NCBI RefSeq assembly: GCF_009914755.1 | Contig: NC_060927.1 | Source of the DNA: the human T2T-CHM13v2.0 reference genome, Homo sapiens | Direction: 5' to 3' (one strand) | DNA: 64,000 nucleotides | Shown: positions 15,297-32,420 of the stretch, piece after piece | How positions within the stretch are numbered: the first letter of the stretch is position 1 | Layout: every line of letters starts with the position of its first letter | The notes under the pieces: generated by a model | Database searches by the model: none | Seen by the model: only the letters and a program-made list of their open reading frames with translations | Told to the model about the DNA's origin: nothing | Translations under genes and position numbers: made by a program

Positions 15297-16859
15297 CTGA
15301 ATTCCATAATTTCACATGTAATTAGAATTCAAGACCTTTTTCTTGAATATTACTCTTGTCCATATTAATTTTTTTCTGAGTATGGCTCTAGCTTTATCAT
15401 TTTTTTCTGACTTAACTCTGATTAACCTCTTTTTTCATCACCAGTACTTGGCAGATTTTGTAGATTTCTAAACTCTGAAAATCACTGTTTTTCTGAAAAC
15501 TGTCATTTGTCTCATACTTTCCTCCAAAATTATGAATTATAGGAAACACCCCAAAGAAGTATCATTTACATTAGCTGTTTACAAGAAAATACAGGGTTTC
15601 ATTTTTAATTTTATTTTCCCCTACTATCTCTAAGGAATACAACTTGTCTTGAAAGCTCCCTGACAGCAGCTATCCATTTAATCTGCCAATTGCAGTATAA
15701 AAATTGGTTATTAAATGAAAAACAATTGTATACCTCTCACAGAGGTTGTCATATATTACTATTTTTGTCAGCATTCTCACTTATAACTCTGTTAGGATAA
15801 TCCTGGGAAAATTTCTAAAATCTTCATAGCTCTTTCGTTAGGTACATATTCCTTGAGACAGAGGAAATCTGAGCAAAGTAAATTTCTTCATTATCTTAGA
15901 TCAACAAAAGTGATACAGAGCTTCTGTCCTGTTAGCTCCCTTTGGACGCTTAAAATAGGCACTAGAGGTTGTCCAGTAAATGCTTCATATCCATCTACTA
16001 GTGCTGAATATTTGTGAAAATATAGGTGATAATGAATTAGACTCGTTTGAATGGAATTAAGTTTCTGTAAAGTTTTACCAGATTGTCTTTTTTTTGTTTT
16101 TTGTTTTTTGTTTTGGTAAAAGCAGTTTTGCACCTGTAACTAATTTAAAGACGAAGAAATTGCACATGTAACTGATAGCAACTGCCATCCAACTCTTATA
16201 ACCTCAGAATCAAGATCACGTGGCTATTTGAGTACACAGTGTTTTAAACCGTGTAATTTTTATTTGAGCAAGGGATTGCCAACACAAGATCGAGGTTCCC
16301 ACAAGTGGTGAATGGCACTTGTGGTTAACACTGTAAAGCAGATTTAAAACAGTCAACTGTCAATTGCCTACAAGGGAATTATTCCTCATCACCTCATGCC
16401 AGGTTTTTATATGGCCTTTTAGCTGACCTTCTAAATGAGAAACTTTGCCATCCAGTGCAAACTGCCAATAGTCCTAAAATGCCTATCTTTATTATCAGTC
16501 TAATAATATTTATTGAGTGCCGATTTTCAAGGCACCATAGTGAATGCTGTGAAATCTAGACACTTTTTCCCTGGCTTTCAAAGCTCTTTATAATCCAGGC
16601 ATATTTTATATATTTTACCTTATTTCTCACCACATTCCAGGCATTGGCCTGTCTTGCTCTGTTCACACTAATCTCTTTGTCCCAAGAGTAAGGCCGACCC
16701 ACCCTTGCTCCAAGCCTAGTATGTCTTGAAATGCCTTTCCTAATTCTTCCATCTTTTCAAATCGTCCCTGTCCTTCAAGGTCAGCTTCAAGTAACCTCTA
16801 CTCCGTGAAGCATTCTCTGAATTCATTGCTGTTCATTGCTCCCTCTCTCCTCTAAACTG

Positions 16860-17610
16860 AAAATGTGTTCAGAATATCTCTCTTCTGCCGCTTCCACTGC
16901 CTTCAGCCCAGTCCAGGACACCGTCTGTGCCTGGCTGCTAGTCTCTTGATGGGGTTTTCAGCTTCCATCCTAACCTCACAACAGCCTAGTCTCAACCGGT
17001 CACCCACAGAGATGATGCTCAAATGTGAGTCAGATCCGTCACTCCACCCATAGCCCTGCAGTGGTTCCCCATTTCACTTGTAACAAAAGTCCAAGTCTGG
17101 CCCCTACCTCCTGCCCTACCCCAGCTGACCCCTCTGGTCTTCTCTCTCTCTTCCACCCACTCTGCTCCAAGCACGCCGGCCTCCTTGCTGTTCCTTCCAC
17201 ATTCCAGATGCTCTCCTGCCTTCGTGCACCTGCCCCAGCTCTTGTTCCTGTCCAGGACCCTCTTCCTCTGGCATTCTCTGGGCCACCTCTGTCAATTCCC
17301 TATAATCTTGGCTCAAATCTTACCTTAGAGTGAGGGTGACCTTGGCCTTCCCTATCCTAGGACAGGGGAATTACATATCCTCCCCATTGCCCTTCCTCCT
17401 CTACTCTACAATTTCCTATTTAAAAAGCATTTATCGTCTTCTAACATGCCATGTAATTTATTGGTGGATTCTATGTATTGCTTACTGTCTGCTTCACCTC
17501 CCTGGAATGTTAACCGCATGAAGGCAGAGATCTTTGTCTAGTTTGTTCACCCACTGATGTATTCCAAATACCTGAATAGTATTGCTCATTAATACTTGCT
17601 AAATGAAAGA
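16860..17610 (+). mobile_element. L2 3' region
   Basis: Pyrimidine-rich L2 body ending gaaggcagagatctttgtctagtttgttcac...aatacttgctaaatgaa. Confidence 0.75.
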
Positions 17611-19496
17611 ATAGAATCCTCTAACACTTACGGCTTCTATCACACAATTTAGCCCTGAGTTCAAACTGTCTGGTATTATTTCCTGTTTTATGTATTCCCT
17701 AAGCCAAATCATATAGTCACTGAAGAAAAGATCCATGTTTTATTCTATATTCCACAAATGCCAAACACATAATAAGTATAATCAGGTCTTGTTGACTTAT
17801 TAATACCAAGCTGATCTCCTAAGGTCAGAGACTGGAATATATTTAGCAAATAAATACAAAATTTTAGTGTATGTTAAATATTATTCTAAAACCAATGCTA
17901 ATATAAACAAACCAAGTACTGGATATGCTACAAACCAGGCACAAATATGTTTTGAATTATCTGTTAGTTAATTTGCACCGTGTCCCTCCATTAGTTTGAG
18001 TAGCATTCATTGAATATCATTTGAATATTAATTTAAACATCATTTGTTTGTGAGTTACCCAAATCCCTGGCTTCTTCTGCAAATCTACCCACCTTTTGAT
18101 ACTTCCATTATTTATTTGAACATCCAAAACACTTATTTGCTAGCAATGTTTAAAAAAGAGTAGCTTATTTAATTAGCTAATATCTAATATATGAAGCACT
18201 TAAAGTATTAATTGCCTGATATGTAATAGGTGCCAAACACGTCAGTTCTGTCTTCTTCTCATCTTTAAAATGGAAGTTAATACAGACATAATGTCTCCCC
18301 TTGGGTCTTTTAAGTCAGATCTTTAGGAAAAAGTAAAATATTCTCATTATTCTTATTATTTTGCTTGCATTAGCAATAAAGTATGCCTGATTTAAGTTCA
18401 CTGGACATTATCTTACTATTATCTATACTTTACCTAAAGCCCTGCCTTTAGTTTTGTAAATAAAATTATAGACCTATTAGATAGATTGAGCAAGTTTGCT
18501 TAGTGGATTAAAATATGATGCTAATAAGAGCCAAAGTGAGTTTGATAATGGGTTGGCCAGATTTACACAGAAGTCTTTGCCATTTACAAAGAGTTCTGTT
18601 TGCCATTGATACAGTCACATTTCTAGCCACAATTACCCAAGATATGTAAACAGTTAACTCAGGAGAAACCAACTCAATTTTCAGGTATATGCCATATACA
18701 AAATCTCATCACCTTTGCTATTATATACACTTAGTATTATTTCTTAAGCAATATCATGTAATATAAGGGGCACGTTGATGACAGGGACATGTACCTTTTT
18801 CTTGGGATTTCAATATGAATGACCATCCAAATCTTGATCATCCCAATGGCTCCACATAATTTGGACACCATGTCTACCAGAAAGCTATCCCTGATTATTT
18901 CAGGACATGTTAGTATCTTTCTTTTCCACATTTCTAAAGTACTTACTATCTCTATCACGAGTCTGGTCTCTGTACTTCCTTCTGCTACTAAACATCTCTC
19001 ACCTTGGTAAGCTTCTCAAGAACCACAATACTATGTGTTTCTTGTAAGGCCTGAAAAACACCTTGCACGTAGTATTAGGTGATTAGCTATCTTGATTTAA
19101 GGTTTTAGATTACTGATTGAACATTTACTGAGCTGAAGATATAGAGAAAGAAAAATGCCAAAGAAAATAAAATGAGGAAGTTTGGAAAAGAGAAACACAC
19201 TAGTAAAATATGATGGTAACTTCTAAGAAGCAAGGTTTATAAAATAGATTGTTGATACAAAGAAAACATTATAAAAAAATGGGTAGCTTGAATGGATTTA
19301 ACCCCCAACTTTATTTAATTTAAATGGAATGCCTCAAAAGACTACTCAGCTGATCCAAACATAGTAACTTCCCAAACACAAGACTCTTGACGTAGGCCTC
19401 AGAATTTGGGGAAAAAAATTCCTGCATTGTTTAAAAATACAGTGTCCTTGTAAAGCAGAATAGGCCTTATATACAAGCCAAATATATCAGTTCTAA

Positions 19497-19837
<341 letters not shown>

Positions 19838-20049
19838 TGCTTCACTCTTTTAGATAAAATGTACACCCTTTGAATTTTTACTTCCGCCATTTACACTGAT
19901 TTGAAGTCCTTGGTTGAATATGTATTTAGCCTTCACTGTGCAAGGAAGCTGGTTACAAAAACAGATAGTTTATTAAAATACTTGTGTTGGTTTTTAAAAA
20001 AGAATAATTTTAATACAGTTTTTCTCTTCTTTCTTTTTGCTCTTTTTGT

Positions 20050-20176
20050 TATTTTTTAATAGAGACACGGTCTGGCTATGTTGTTCAGACTGGTTTCGAA
20101 CTCTGGCCTCAAGTGGTCCTCCCATCTTGGCTTCCCAAAGTGCTGGGATTACAGATGTGAGCCACCATGGCTGGCC
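20050..20176 (-). mobile_element. FLAM / Alu left monomer
   Basis: Single antisense monomer. Confidence 0.8.
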
Positions 20177-20349
20177 TTAATACTGTTTTATGAGTTCTGA
20201 ATTGAATAATTTTTAAGTGAATGTCCTAAAATTCTATGACAATCCTTTTAACACAACTGGAAGAGTTTTTGTTGGCTTACTTGGTTTGTCTGCATGTTTC
20301 CTTCTGTCATCCCCCACTCCTAGGACCCATATGGAACATTCTCTCTTAA

Positions 20350-22790
<2,441 letters not shown>

Positions 22791-22799
22791 TGGTGGTTG

Positions 22800-23071
22800 T
22801 TTTTGAGACAGGGTCTCACTTTGTCTCCAAGCTGGATCATGGCGCATTGCAGCCTCAACCTCCTGGGCTCAAGTGATCCTCCCACCTCAGCCTCTTCCAG
22901 TAGCTGGGACCACAGCACATCACCACACCCAGCTAATTTTTAAAAAATTGTTATAGAGACAGGGTCTCACTGTGTTGTCTAGGCTGGTCTTGAACTCTTA
23001 GGCTCAAGTAATCCTCCCACCTTGGCCTCCCAAAGTGCTGGGATTACAGGTGTGAGCCACTGTATCTAGCC
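22800..23071 (-). mobile_element. AluJ with a small internal deletion
   Basis: Antisense dimer. Confidence 0.88.
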
Positions 23072-23719
23072 TAGAATATTTTTTATAGTGCTCAGGAGAA
23101 AGATTAAAAGTATGAAAAGTGTCTACTATGTATACTTTAATATCATATTGTAATACATTTGAAGATACTATATGGTATAACTAATGAAAATCTTCAAATC
23201 AGCTCATAACCACTAGAGATCTGGCTGTATCTGTTTTGACACTTTTGTTCTCAGTATCTGTTTAGCTTAAGACCCTTGTCTTCTCATTAAGAGTGCTTGA
23301 CACAGTAAGTTGAAAACATAATTTCAAAAGAGCATAGAGTGTCACATGGTTTTGCCAGACTAAACAACTCTGAGTAAGAAAGTGGCTTTCCCCCTATGGT
23401 AATGCCAAGCTACTAGAGGACCTTCAGTGGTAAAGTATGATTTAAAACCCTGACCCCATCTGTCTTTTCCCATTTGCAGTAAGTCCTTTATAGTGTTTGA
23501 AGGTGGGCACAGCAGGGAAACAGTACTCTGGCAGATCTGCGGTGGCTCCCTCCTTTCTGAGTCATTACACACTCTTCTGGATCATTCCTTTCATTTTTCC
23601 TTTTCCTCTCCTCTCCCCTATTTTCATTCCCCTATCACTGCAAAGCCAAAACCAAAACGTGGAAGGGGACCTAGCCGAGGAAAACATTCCAGCTTCTTTT
23701 TTCTGATCTAAACACCGTT

Positions 23720-26700
23720 CTTCTTCTTTTTTATTTTTTAATTAATAACTTTATTTTTAGGGCAGTTTTAGTTTCAGAGCAGAATTGAGTAGGAAGTACA
23801 AAGAGTTCCCATATACTTCCTGTCCCCCACCACGCACAATCTCCCCCACTATCAACATCCTGCACCCAAGTGGTACACTTGTTACAGTCAATAAACCCCC
23901 ACTGACACATCATTATCACTCAAAGTCCATAGTCTACATTAAGATTCACTCTTCGTGTTATATTCTCTGGGTTTGTACAAATGTATAAGGACACATATCC
24001 ACCATTGTAGTGTCATACAGAATATTTTCACTGACCTAAAAATCCTCTGGGATCCACCTGTTCATTCCGTTCTCCCCCAAACTTCTGACTACCACTGATC
24101 TTTTTCCTGTTTTGATAGTTTTGCGCTTCCCAGAATATCATATAGTTGGAACCATACAGTATGTGGCCTTTTCAGTTTGACTTCTTTCACTTACCAATAT
24201 GCACTTAAGGTTCTTCCATGTCTTTCCATGGCTTGATAGCTCATTTCTTTGCAGAACTGAGTAATATTTCATTGTTTGGATGAGCCATAGTTTATCCACT
24301 CAGCTACTGAAGGGTGTCTTGGTGCTTCCAAGTTTTGGCAATTATGAATAGAGATGCTATAAACACCTGTGTGTGGGTTTTTTGTGGACTTAAGTTTTCA
24401 ATTGATTTGTGTACCTACCAAGGAGTGTGATTACTGGATTGTATGGTAAGAATATGTTTAGTTTTATAAGAAATGGCCACACTGTCTTCCAAAGTGGCTG
24501 TACCATTCATCAGCAACGAATGAGAGTTTCTGTTGCTCCACATCCTCATCAGCATTTGGTGGTGTTAGTGTTTTAGATTTTAGCCATTCTATTTGTAGTG
24601 GTATCTTCTTGTTTTAGTTTGCAGTGCTCTCGTGACATATGATGTTGAAGATCTTTTCACATGTTCACATGCCATCTATATATCTTCTTGGATGAAGTGT
24701 CTATTCAGATATTTTGCTCATTTTTAAAACAGGGTTATTCACTTTCTTATTATTGAGTTTTAAGCGTTCTTTGTATATTTTGGATAACAGTCCTTTATCA
24801 CAGTAGTCCCTGACCTTTTTGGCACCAGGGACCAGTTTCATGGAAGACAGTTTTTCCATGGACTGGGGTGGGCAGGAATGGTTTCAGGTGAAACTGGTCC
24901 ACCTCAGATCATCAGGTATTAGATTCTCATACGGAGTGTGCAACCTAGATCCCTTGCGTGCACAGTTCACAATAGGGTTTGTGGTCCTATGAGAATCTAA
25001 TGCAGCCACTGATCTGACAGGAGGTGGAGCTCAGGCTATAATGCTTGCCCATCAGCAGTTCACCTGCTGTGCAGCCTGATTCCTCCCAGGCCATGGACTG
25101 GTACTGGTCTGGACCTGGAGGTTGGGAACCCCTGCTTTATCAGATGTGTTTTGTACAGATACATTCTCCCCATCTGTGGCTTGTTTACTCATTCTCTTGA
25201 CACTGTTTTGCACAGAGCAGACTTTTTTTATTTTAATGAAGTCCAGATAATCAGTTATTTCATGGTTCATGTCTCTGGTGGTGTATCTAAAAAGTCCTAT
25301 CCGTGCTCAAGGTCATCTAGGTTTTCTCCTATATTGTCTTCAGGGAGTTTTATAGTTTTGTACTTTACATTTAGATCTATGTTCCATTTTGAGTTAATTT
25401 TTATGAAGAGAATAAGCTCTGTGTCTAAATTATTATTATTATTATTGTTATTATTATATTTTTTTGCATGTGGATGTCCAGTTGCTCCAGTCCCAGTTGT
25501 TGAAAAGACTGTCTTTGCTCCAGTGTATTACCCTGGTTTCTTCATCAAAGATCAGCTGACTACATTTATGTGGTCCTATTTCTGGGCTCTGTATTCTGTT
25601 CCTTTGATCTATTTGTCTATTCTTTTGCCAGTACCGTACTATCTTAATTACTTTAACTTTCTAGTAAGGCTTGAAGTCAGGTAATGTCAGTCCTTCGACT
25701 TTATTCTTCTTCTTTAATATTGAGTTGGCTATTACGGGTCTTTTGCTTCTCCATATAAACTGCAGAACCAGTTTGCCAATATCCACAAAATAACTTGCTG
25801 GGATTGTTATTGTGATTGCATTGAATCTATAGATCAAGTTGGGATGAATGACATCTTGACAATACTGAGTCTTCCTATCCATGAGCATGCAGTGTCTCTC
25901 CATTTATTTCATTCTTTGATATCTTTCATCAGAGTTTTGTAGTTTTCCTATATAGGTTTCATATATATTTTATTAAATTTATACTTAAGTATTTTACTTT
26001 TCGGGGTGCTAATGTAAAACAAAACAGACATTATGAGGAAAATGTAATGTCTGTTTGGGGGTAATGTGTTTTTAATATTAAATTTCGCTTGTTCATTGCT
26101 GGTATATAGGAAAGCATTATGACTTTTGTATATTAACCTTGTATCCTGCAACCTTGCTATAATCACTTACTAGGTCCAGGAGATTTTTTTTTTTTCTGTT
26201 CTTTTGGATTTTTTTATGTAGAAGTCATGTCATTTGCAAACAAAGACAGTTTTATTTTTACCTTCCCAATCTGTATCCCTTTTATTTCCTTTTCTTGTCT
26301 TGTTACGTTAGCTAAGACTTCTAGTATGATGTTGAAAAGCAGTAGTGAGAGAAGATATCCTTGCCTTATTCCTAATCTTAGTGGGAAAGCTTGAGTTTCT
26401 CACCATTACTTATGATGTTAACTATATGTTTTGTTTGTAGATGTTCCTAAGTTTAGGAAGTTTTCTTATTTTGTCAAATTCTTTTTCTGCATTTATTGAT
26501 ATGATCATGTGATTTTTCTTCTTTAGGCTATGGGTGTGATGGATTACATTAATTTGTTTTCTAATGTTGAACCAACCCCACATACCTTACCTAAATCTCA
26601 CTTGGCCATGGTGTATAATTCTTTTCATACGTTATCGGATTCAATTTGCTGATATTTTGTTAAAGATTTCTGCATGTCTGTCCATGAGAGATTGGTCTAT

Positions 26701-27090
26701 AGGGTTTATTTTCCTTGTAATGTCTGTTTTGTTTTAGTATTAGGGTAATTCTAGCCTCATTGAATGAGTTAGGAAGTATTCCCTCTGCTTTTATATTCTG
26801 AAAGAGATTTCAGAGAATTGGTATAATTTCTTCCTTAAATGTTTGGTAGAATTCACCAGTGAACCCAGTCCGGTGCCTTCTGTTTCAGAAGGTTATTAGT
26901 TATTGATTCAATTTCATTAATAAATGTAGGCCTATTCCATTTCTCTATTTCATCTTGTATGAGTTTTGGAAAATTATGTCTTTCAAGGAATGAGTTCATT
27001 TCACCTAGATTATCAAATTTGTGAGCATAGAGCCTATTATCCTTTAATGTCAATGAGATCTGTAATGATACCCCTCTTTCATTTCTGAAT
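23720..27090 (-). mobile_element. L1M (MB/MC/MD-age) 3'UTR and degenerate ORF2
   Basis: Minus-strand ORF2 relics LIYRFNAI...KNKVEGLTLPDFK and LYAHKFDNLGEM. Confidence 0.9.
24801..25134. mobile_element. MER1B-type hAT-Charlie non-autonomous DNA transposon, nested in L1
   Basis: Starts cagtagtccctgacctttttggcaccaggg, ends ggttgggaacccctg; perfect 8-bp TSD ctttatca. Confidence 0.9.
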
Positions 27091-27418
27091 AACTTTCATT
27101 CATTCTTCACGTACTAGACAAAGTAGAATTTCAACTAAACCAAAGCAACTGTTCAACAGATTTAGCCTTAGTCCTAATCAGATTATTAGTAATATCTCCC
27201 TTTAGAAATATATGAAGGTACTTTTAGCAGAGGAACCAAGCTTGAGCTAGTTTGACCATAATGAATTTTTGCTGAGGAAGCAGAAGAAATGTTTATATTG
27301 GTGAGGGCATAATCCTGTAATCTTTTCTGTGTCCTGATACCTCAGGACCAGCGTAAGCAAACTCCCTAGACAAGATGTGGCTCATGCAAGAGGAAATATG
27401 CTTTTGAAAATGAACATG

Positions 27419-27765
27419 GGCCAAGCATAGTGACTCATGCCTGTAATCCCAACACTTTGGGAGGCTGAGGCGGGAGGATTGCTTGAGTCCGGGAGTTTGA
27501 GAATAGCCTGGGCAACATAATGATACCTTGCCTCTACAAAAAAAAAAATAAAAATAAAAAAATAAAAATAAAAAAATTAGATGAATGTGGTGGTGAATGC
27601 CTGTGGTCCCAGCTACTTGGAAGGCTGAAGTGGAAGGATCACTTCAGCACAGGGAGGTCGAGGCTTCAGTGAACCATAATTGTGCCACTGCACTCCAGCC
27701 TGCATGACAGAGTGAGACCCTGCCTCAAAAAATAATAGTAAAATTAAATAAAATATAATAAAAAA
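27419..27765 (+). mobile_element. AluJ with expanded A-rich linker
   Basis: Dimer; TSD aacatgg. Confidence 0.9.
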
Positions 27766-28005
27766 CATGGTCTTTCTAATACCCTTTGTTGATCTGAATT
27801 TGAAAATTTCCTGTGAGACCTTCTGGCTTATTATAAAGAAATTTGCATCTAAAGATACATATTGGAATGTTTCAATCTCAAAGCTATCAATGGGAAATCA
27901 AACTTCAGAAACATTGAATTTGGTTTTGAATATAGTCTAAGTAGACAATAAAATGAAAATACATTTGTTTATATTGAAGAAGCAAATGACACACCAAATA
28001 GTTAA

Positions 28006-28404
<399 letters not shown>

Positions 28405-29055
28405 TAAACTCTAGCCCCAATACCTATTTAACATTGGGCAAGTCACTTAACCTTTTTATGTCTAATATTTTTAATCTGTTAGGTGGTAATAATACTTGTG
28501 TATAACAACATAGGACTGTTTACAACAAGCACTTAATAATTGTTAGCTATTGTTACTAAATTGTATTTCTGCTGATGGGTTCCAGAGTCTTTTCCTCCTT
28601 CACTAAACAAAACTCAGGATACTATGTGAAGGAAAAGAAGTGAGTTGGTAGAATTTATTTTTTAAATGCTTGAGTCAAAAGGAGAGCCATTTGTGGCTGA
28701 AGCATCAAAACCATTTTCTGATTTTCTTTCATTCTACTTGAAACTACATTAAAATTTTCTCCAATTTTCCAGATGATTGCATGATAATTCCTTTTAAGAG
28801 GACTTTAACACATGTAAGAAATAGAGTTACTCCCTCTGTTAGGAGAAATCATGGAAAGATATTATAATTAAAAGATAGTGAATTTTAGCTTAATTTTTAC
28901 CTTTATCTAAATAACACTCGTACACAGCTACAGCTTTCAGTGAAGAAGAGATACTCATTCCCACAGCTAAATCCCGCTCCTCATAGGCAGTGATTTTACC
29001 TCTTTCACATATTTCTTCTGGCATTTACCTTCCTATCTCTAGAATAACATACTTA

Positions 29056-29366
<311 letters not shown>

Positions 29367-29849
29367 ACTTATACTATTATTTTTAAAATTGTATTCTTAT
29401 CCATTGACTTCTTACTGTGGGAGATAATAATTTAGTCCTTTTACTACCATATTCCCTTTTCCAAAACACATACTTCTCCCTCCCCTCCATCTTCACAATG
29501 TAGTTACTTGTAATTTGGGGTTAAATCAGTTGTCTGTGCTTACATTGTAGTAACTGAAAGTGCTGCTTAAGGTTGAGCCAAGCAGTGTGCTATGATTCTG
29601 TTTCCTCTCCTGCTTAGCTATTTACTTTTCTGGAGTTAATTTTTGTCACTTAGTCATTGCTCATTTTGTTGTCATTTCTTGCTATGTACTCATCACTAAT
29701 TCATCCTCAAACTCTCTGACAGAGTAATAAAAACTCCTCTGAAAGTGGTCAGACATATCGGGCATTCTGGTTTCTCAGGTGATCCCACCTGGCCTTCTTC
29801 CTCCTGCATTTTCTCTAGGCTGCTCTGTATCTGTAGCCTGGGACTACCT

Positions 29850-30200
29850 TCCACCTCTCTCCTGTCTTTCAGATCCTTTGTTTCCTGGTCCCATCTTTTC
29901 TCTTCTTGGTTCTGGTGGAGAACTCTGGGAAAGAGTACGTGGGAGGTAACTTTTCTGGATGCCTTATCATTCTGAAAATGTCTTTACTCTCATACTTGAT
30001 GGACGATTTGGATGAGTCTAAAATTCTAGGTTGGAAATTTTTTTTTCTCTTGAATTTTGGCAACATTGTTCTATTGATTTTCTAGCTTCCAGTGTTACTG
30101 TTGAGAAGTTCAGTGTCATTCTGATTCCTGATCCTTTCTATGGTACTTTTTTTTTTTCCTGTCAGGAAGTACTTATGATCATCTCTATAGAAGGGGTATT
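29850..30200 (-). mobile_element. Ancient L1 ORF1 relic
   Basis: KNFQPRILDSSKSSIKYE resembles the L1 ORF1 C-terminal QPRILYPAKLSF motif. Confidence 0.7.
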
Positions 30201-30949
30201 AATCTTGACAGTGTTCCTTTCTGTGTGGTTTAAGAAATCCTTTCTCTCTTGGGTTTTGTTACTGTTTTATAAATCCTTGATCTTAGTCATTCTAAGGTTA
30301 AAGAAAAACTGAGGAACAACTCAGGAATACGTTTCAAGTACATGTGATAAAAGGCAAATATGCAGAGGATGATAACTATATGTTTAAAAAATGGGAAAAA
30401 AGAGATAGTCGCAAACTTCAACATAGGTTAGATCATCATTTCTCAAACCATATTCCATCACATATTAAACTCCTCAAATATTGCACACTGTGCTTTTTTC
30501 TCTCTTTTGTGTATTCTCGTGAACATTAGCCTGTTAGTTTAAGAAGTCTCACAGTAAACCTATTTAACCTTGCTTAACCTAGCATTGCCTAAATTTACTT
30601 GATCACCAGATTTTTTTTGTTTTGTTTTTAATTATTTTTAAAGGAACATTATTAACATATGTATAACACAGTTGGGGAAATGCCAGATAAGACATAGACT
30701 TTCCTGGCTGCTAAAGAGCAATTAAGCATTGGAATGAGTAACCAAGAGGAGCTGTGGACTCTCCTTTTCCAGAGGCCTTTAAAACAGGACATCTGTTTTA
30801 GGCGTAGTCCTGTTTAAACAATAGGGCTTTGCTGGCGGTTCTTCCTCTTCCTGTCCCCTAGTGGTAGTGTTGGAGGCTTTTAGCCCACCTTTTATATGAC
30901 TGTAGTACTCTGGTGACTAATGTGTACACAAATTACTGTTATACTATTA

Positions 30950-31160
30950 ATATTAATTATATTTATTGAGAACTTATTAAGTATCCAGCCCTATGGTAAG
31001 TGCTCTACATACATTATCTAATTTAATCCTCACAACAACTCTAGGAGGGAGACAATATTAATATTCTACAGATGGAGATTAGATATGAAGAGATACGAAC
31101 TTCCAGCAATAGGGTTGGATTGGAACCTCGGGCATCTGACATGGAGCTGTGCCCATCCTT
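30950..31160 (-). mobile_element. MIR
   Basis: atttaatcctcacaacaactct...ctacagatg core. Confidence 0.75.
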
Positions 31161-32179
31161 CTTCACCGTTAATGTTCAAAACAGCAAACGGCACAAAGCA
31201 AGCAAACAACATTTGTATATCTGTACTTACTATGTAAAAACAAACCAAGATAATGCTTACTTTATTAGACTATTCAAGACTATTCCCTACGCCTTTTGAT
31301 TAATTCAGAGTTCATGACTTTTGTTAGAAACAAATTCTGTTACAGATTTAGTTCTTCGCATTTTATTCTGTGATAATTTGCCATCCAGGAAATGGTTCCT
31401 TACATGAGACTTTTTCCCTCATAAATTTGATGACATTCATATACATTCACTAAAGACCCCCAAAAAATAAATCTGGATCTGTGAAAAGTGGCAAAGGTTA
31501 AAAGTCCCATTTTCAGCATATTTACATGTAGTAACAACTTGATAACACAGCGCTGAGAATGCCAGGCTCAGAGGAGCCAAGCTGGGCTCCCGTCCAGTCA
31601 GCCTCTAGCTCACCAGGAAACCCTGAGCAGGTCACTTTGCCTCATTTTCTTTATCTGTCAAATGAGAACTCAGATGATCTCAAAACAGCCTTGTCTGCTG
31701 TAGTGTTTCAGGATGATTCTTGTCTCTGGATGTCGCTGTCATGATGGGAGAGGAATTAGTAAATTCCCAGGTCAGTTTACACTGCAGAGTGATCTTGATC
31801 TGCATGAATCAGTAAGGATGGGCTGGATAAACAAGTTGGAACCACAGTTATGAGTACCATGACATTAACTGAAACAAATGAGAAGGGATTGAAAAATCGG
31901 CGGTTAAGTGTCTTTTAAGGTCATTTCCAACAAAACTACAAAGGACCTATGAAAGGCTTTTCAGGCACGTACTCTTGTTGCCTAGCTGAACACATTTCTC
32001 CAATAAAGCTTTCATTTGAGAGTTACTCTTCATAGTACATCCCCTGCCCCCCTGCCTGCCTGGCACATTATAGGTATTCATGAAGATTTGTTGGAACTGT
32101 TAAATAATTGTTTAATATAGAACTGGAAGATCAGGAAGAAATAATGTTTTTCTAACCAGTATCCAGTGTAAAGTCACAA

Positions 32180-32420
32180 GTGTGGGCTATGGAGCTTCAG
32201 ACCATCTGGATTCAATGCCAGTTCTACTGCTTAGTTACTGCGTACTTTTAGGCAAGTTACTTACTTCCAGGTCCATGCCTCAGTTTTCCCATCTTTAAAG
32301 TAAATTATAAATGCACCTACTTCCTCGGGCTGGTTGTGAGGATTAAATGACACAATCCGGGCACAATATTTGGCGTAGTACTTTGCACAGATTTAGTGTC
32401 CTGTTAGTATTAGCTAATGT
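32180..32420 (+). mobile_element. MIR
   Basis: ggcaagttactt...cctcagttttcccatctttaaa...gttgtgaggattaaatga. Confidence 0.8.

Noticed and set aside
25151-25684. 177-aa hydrophobic ORF
   Set aside because: Antisense reading of a degenerate L1
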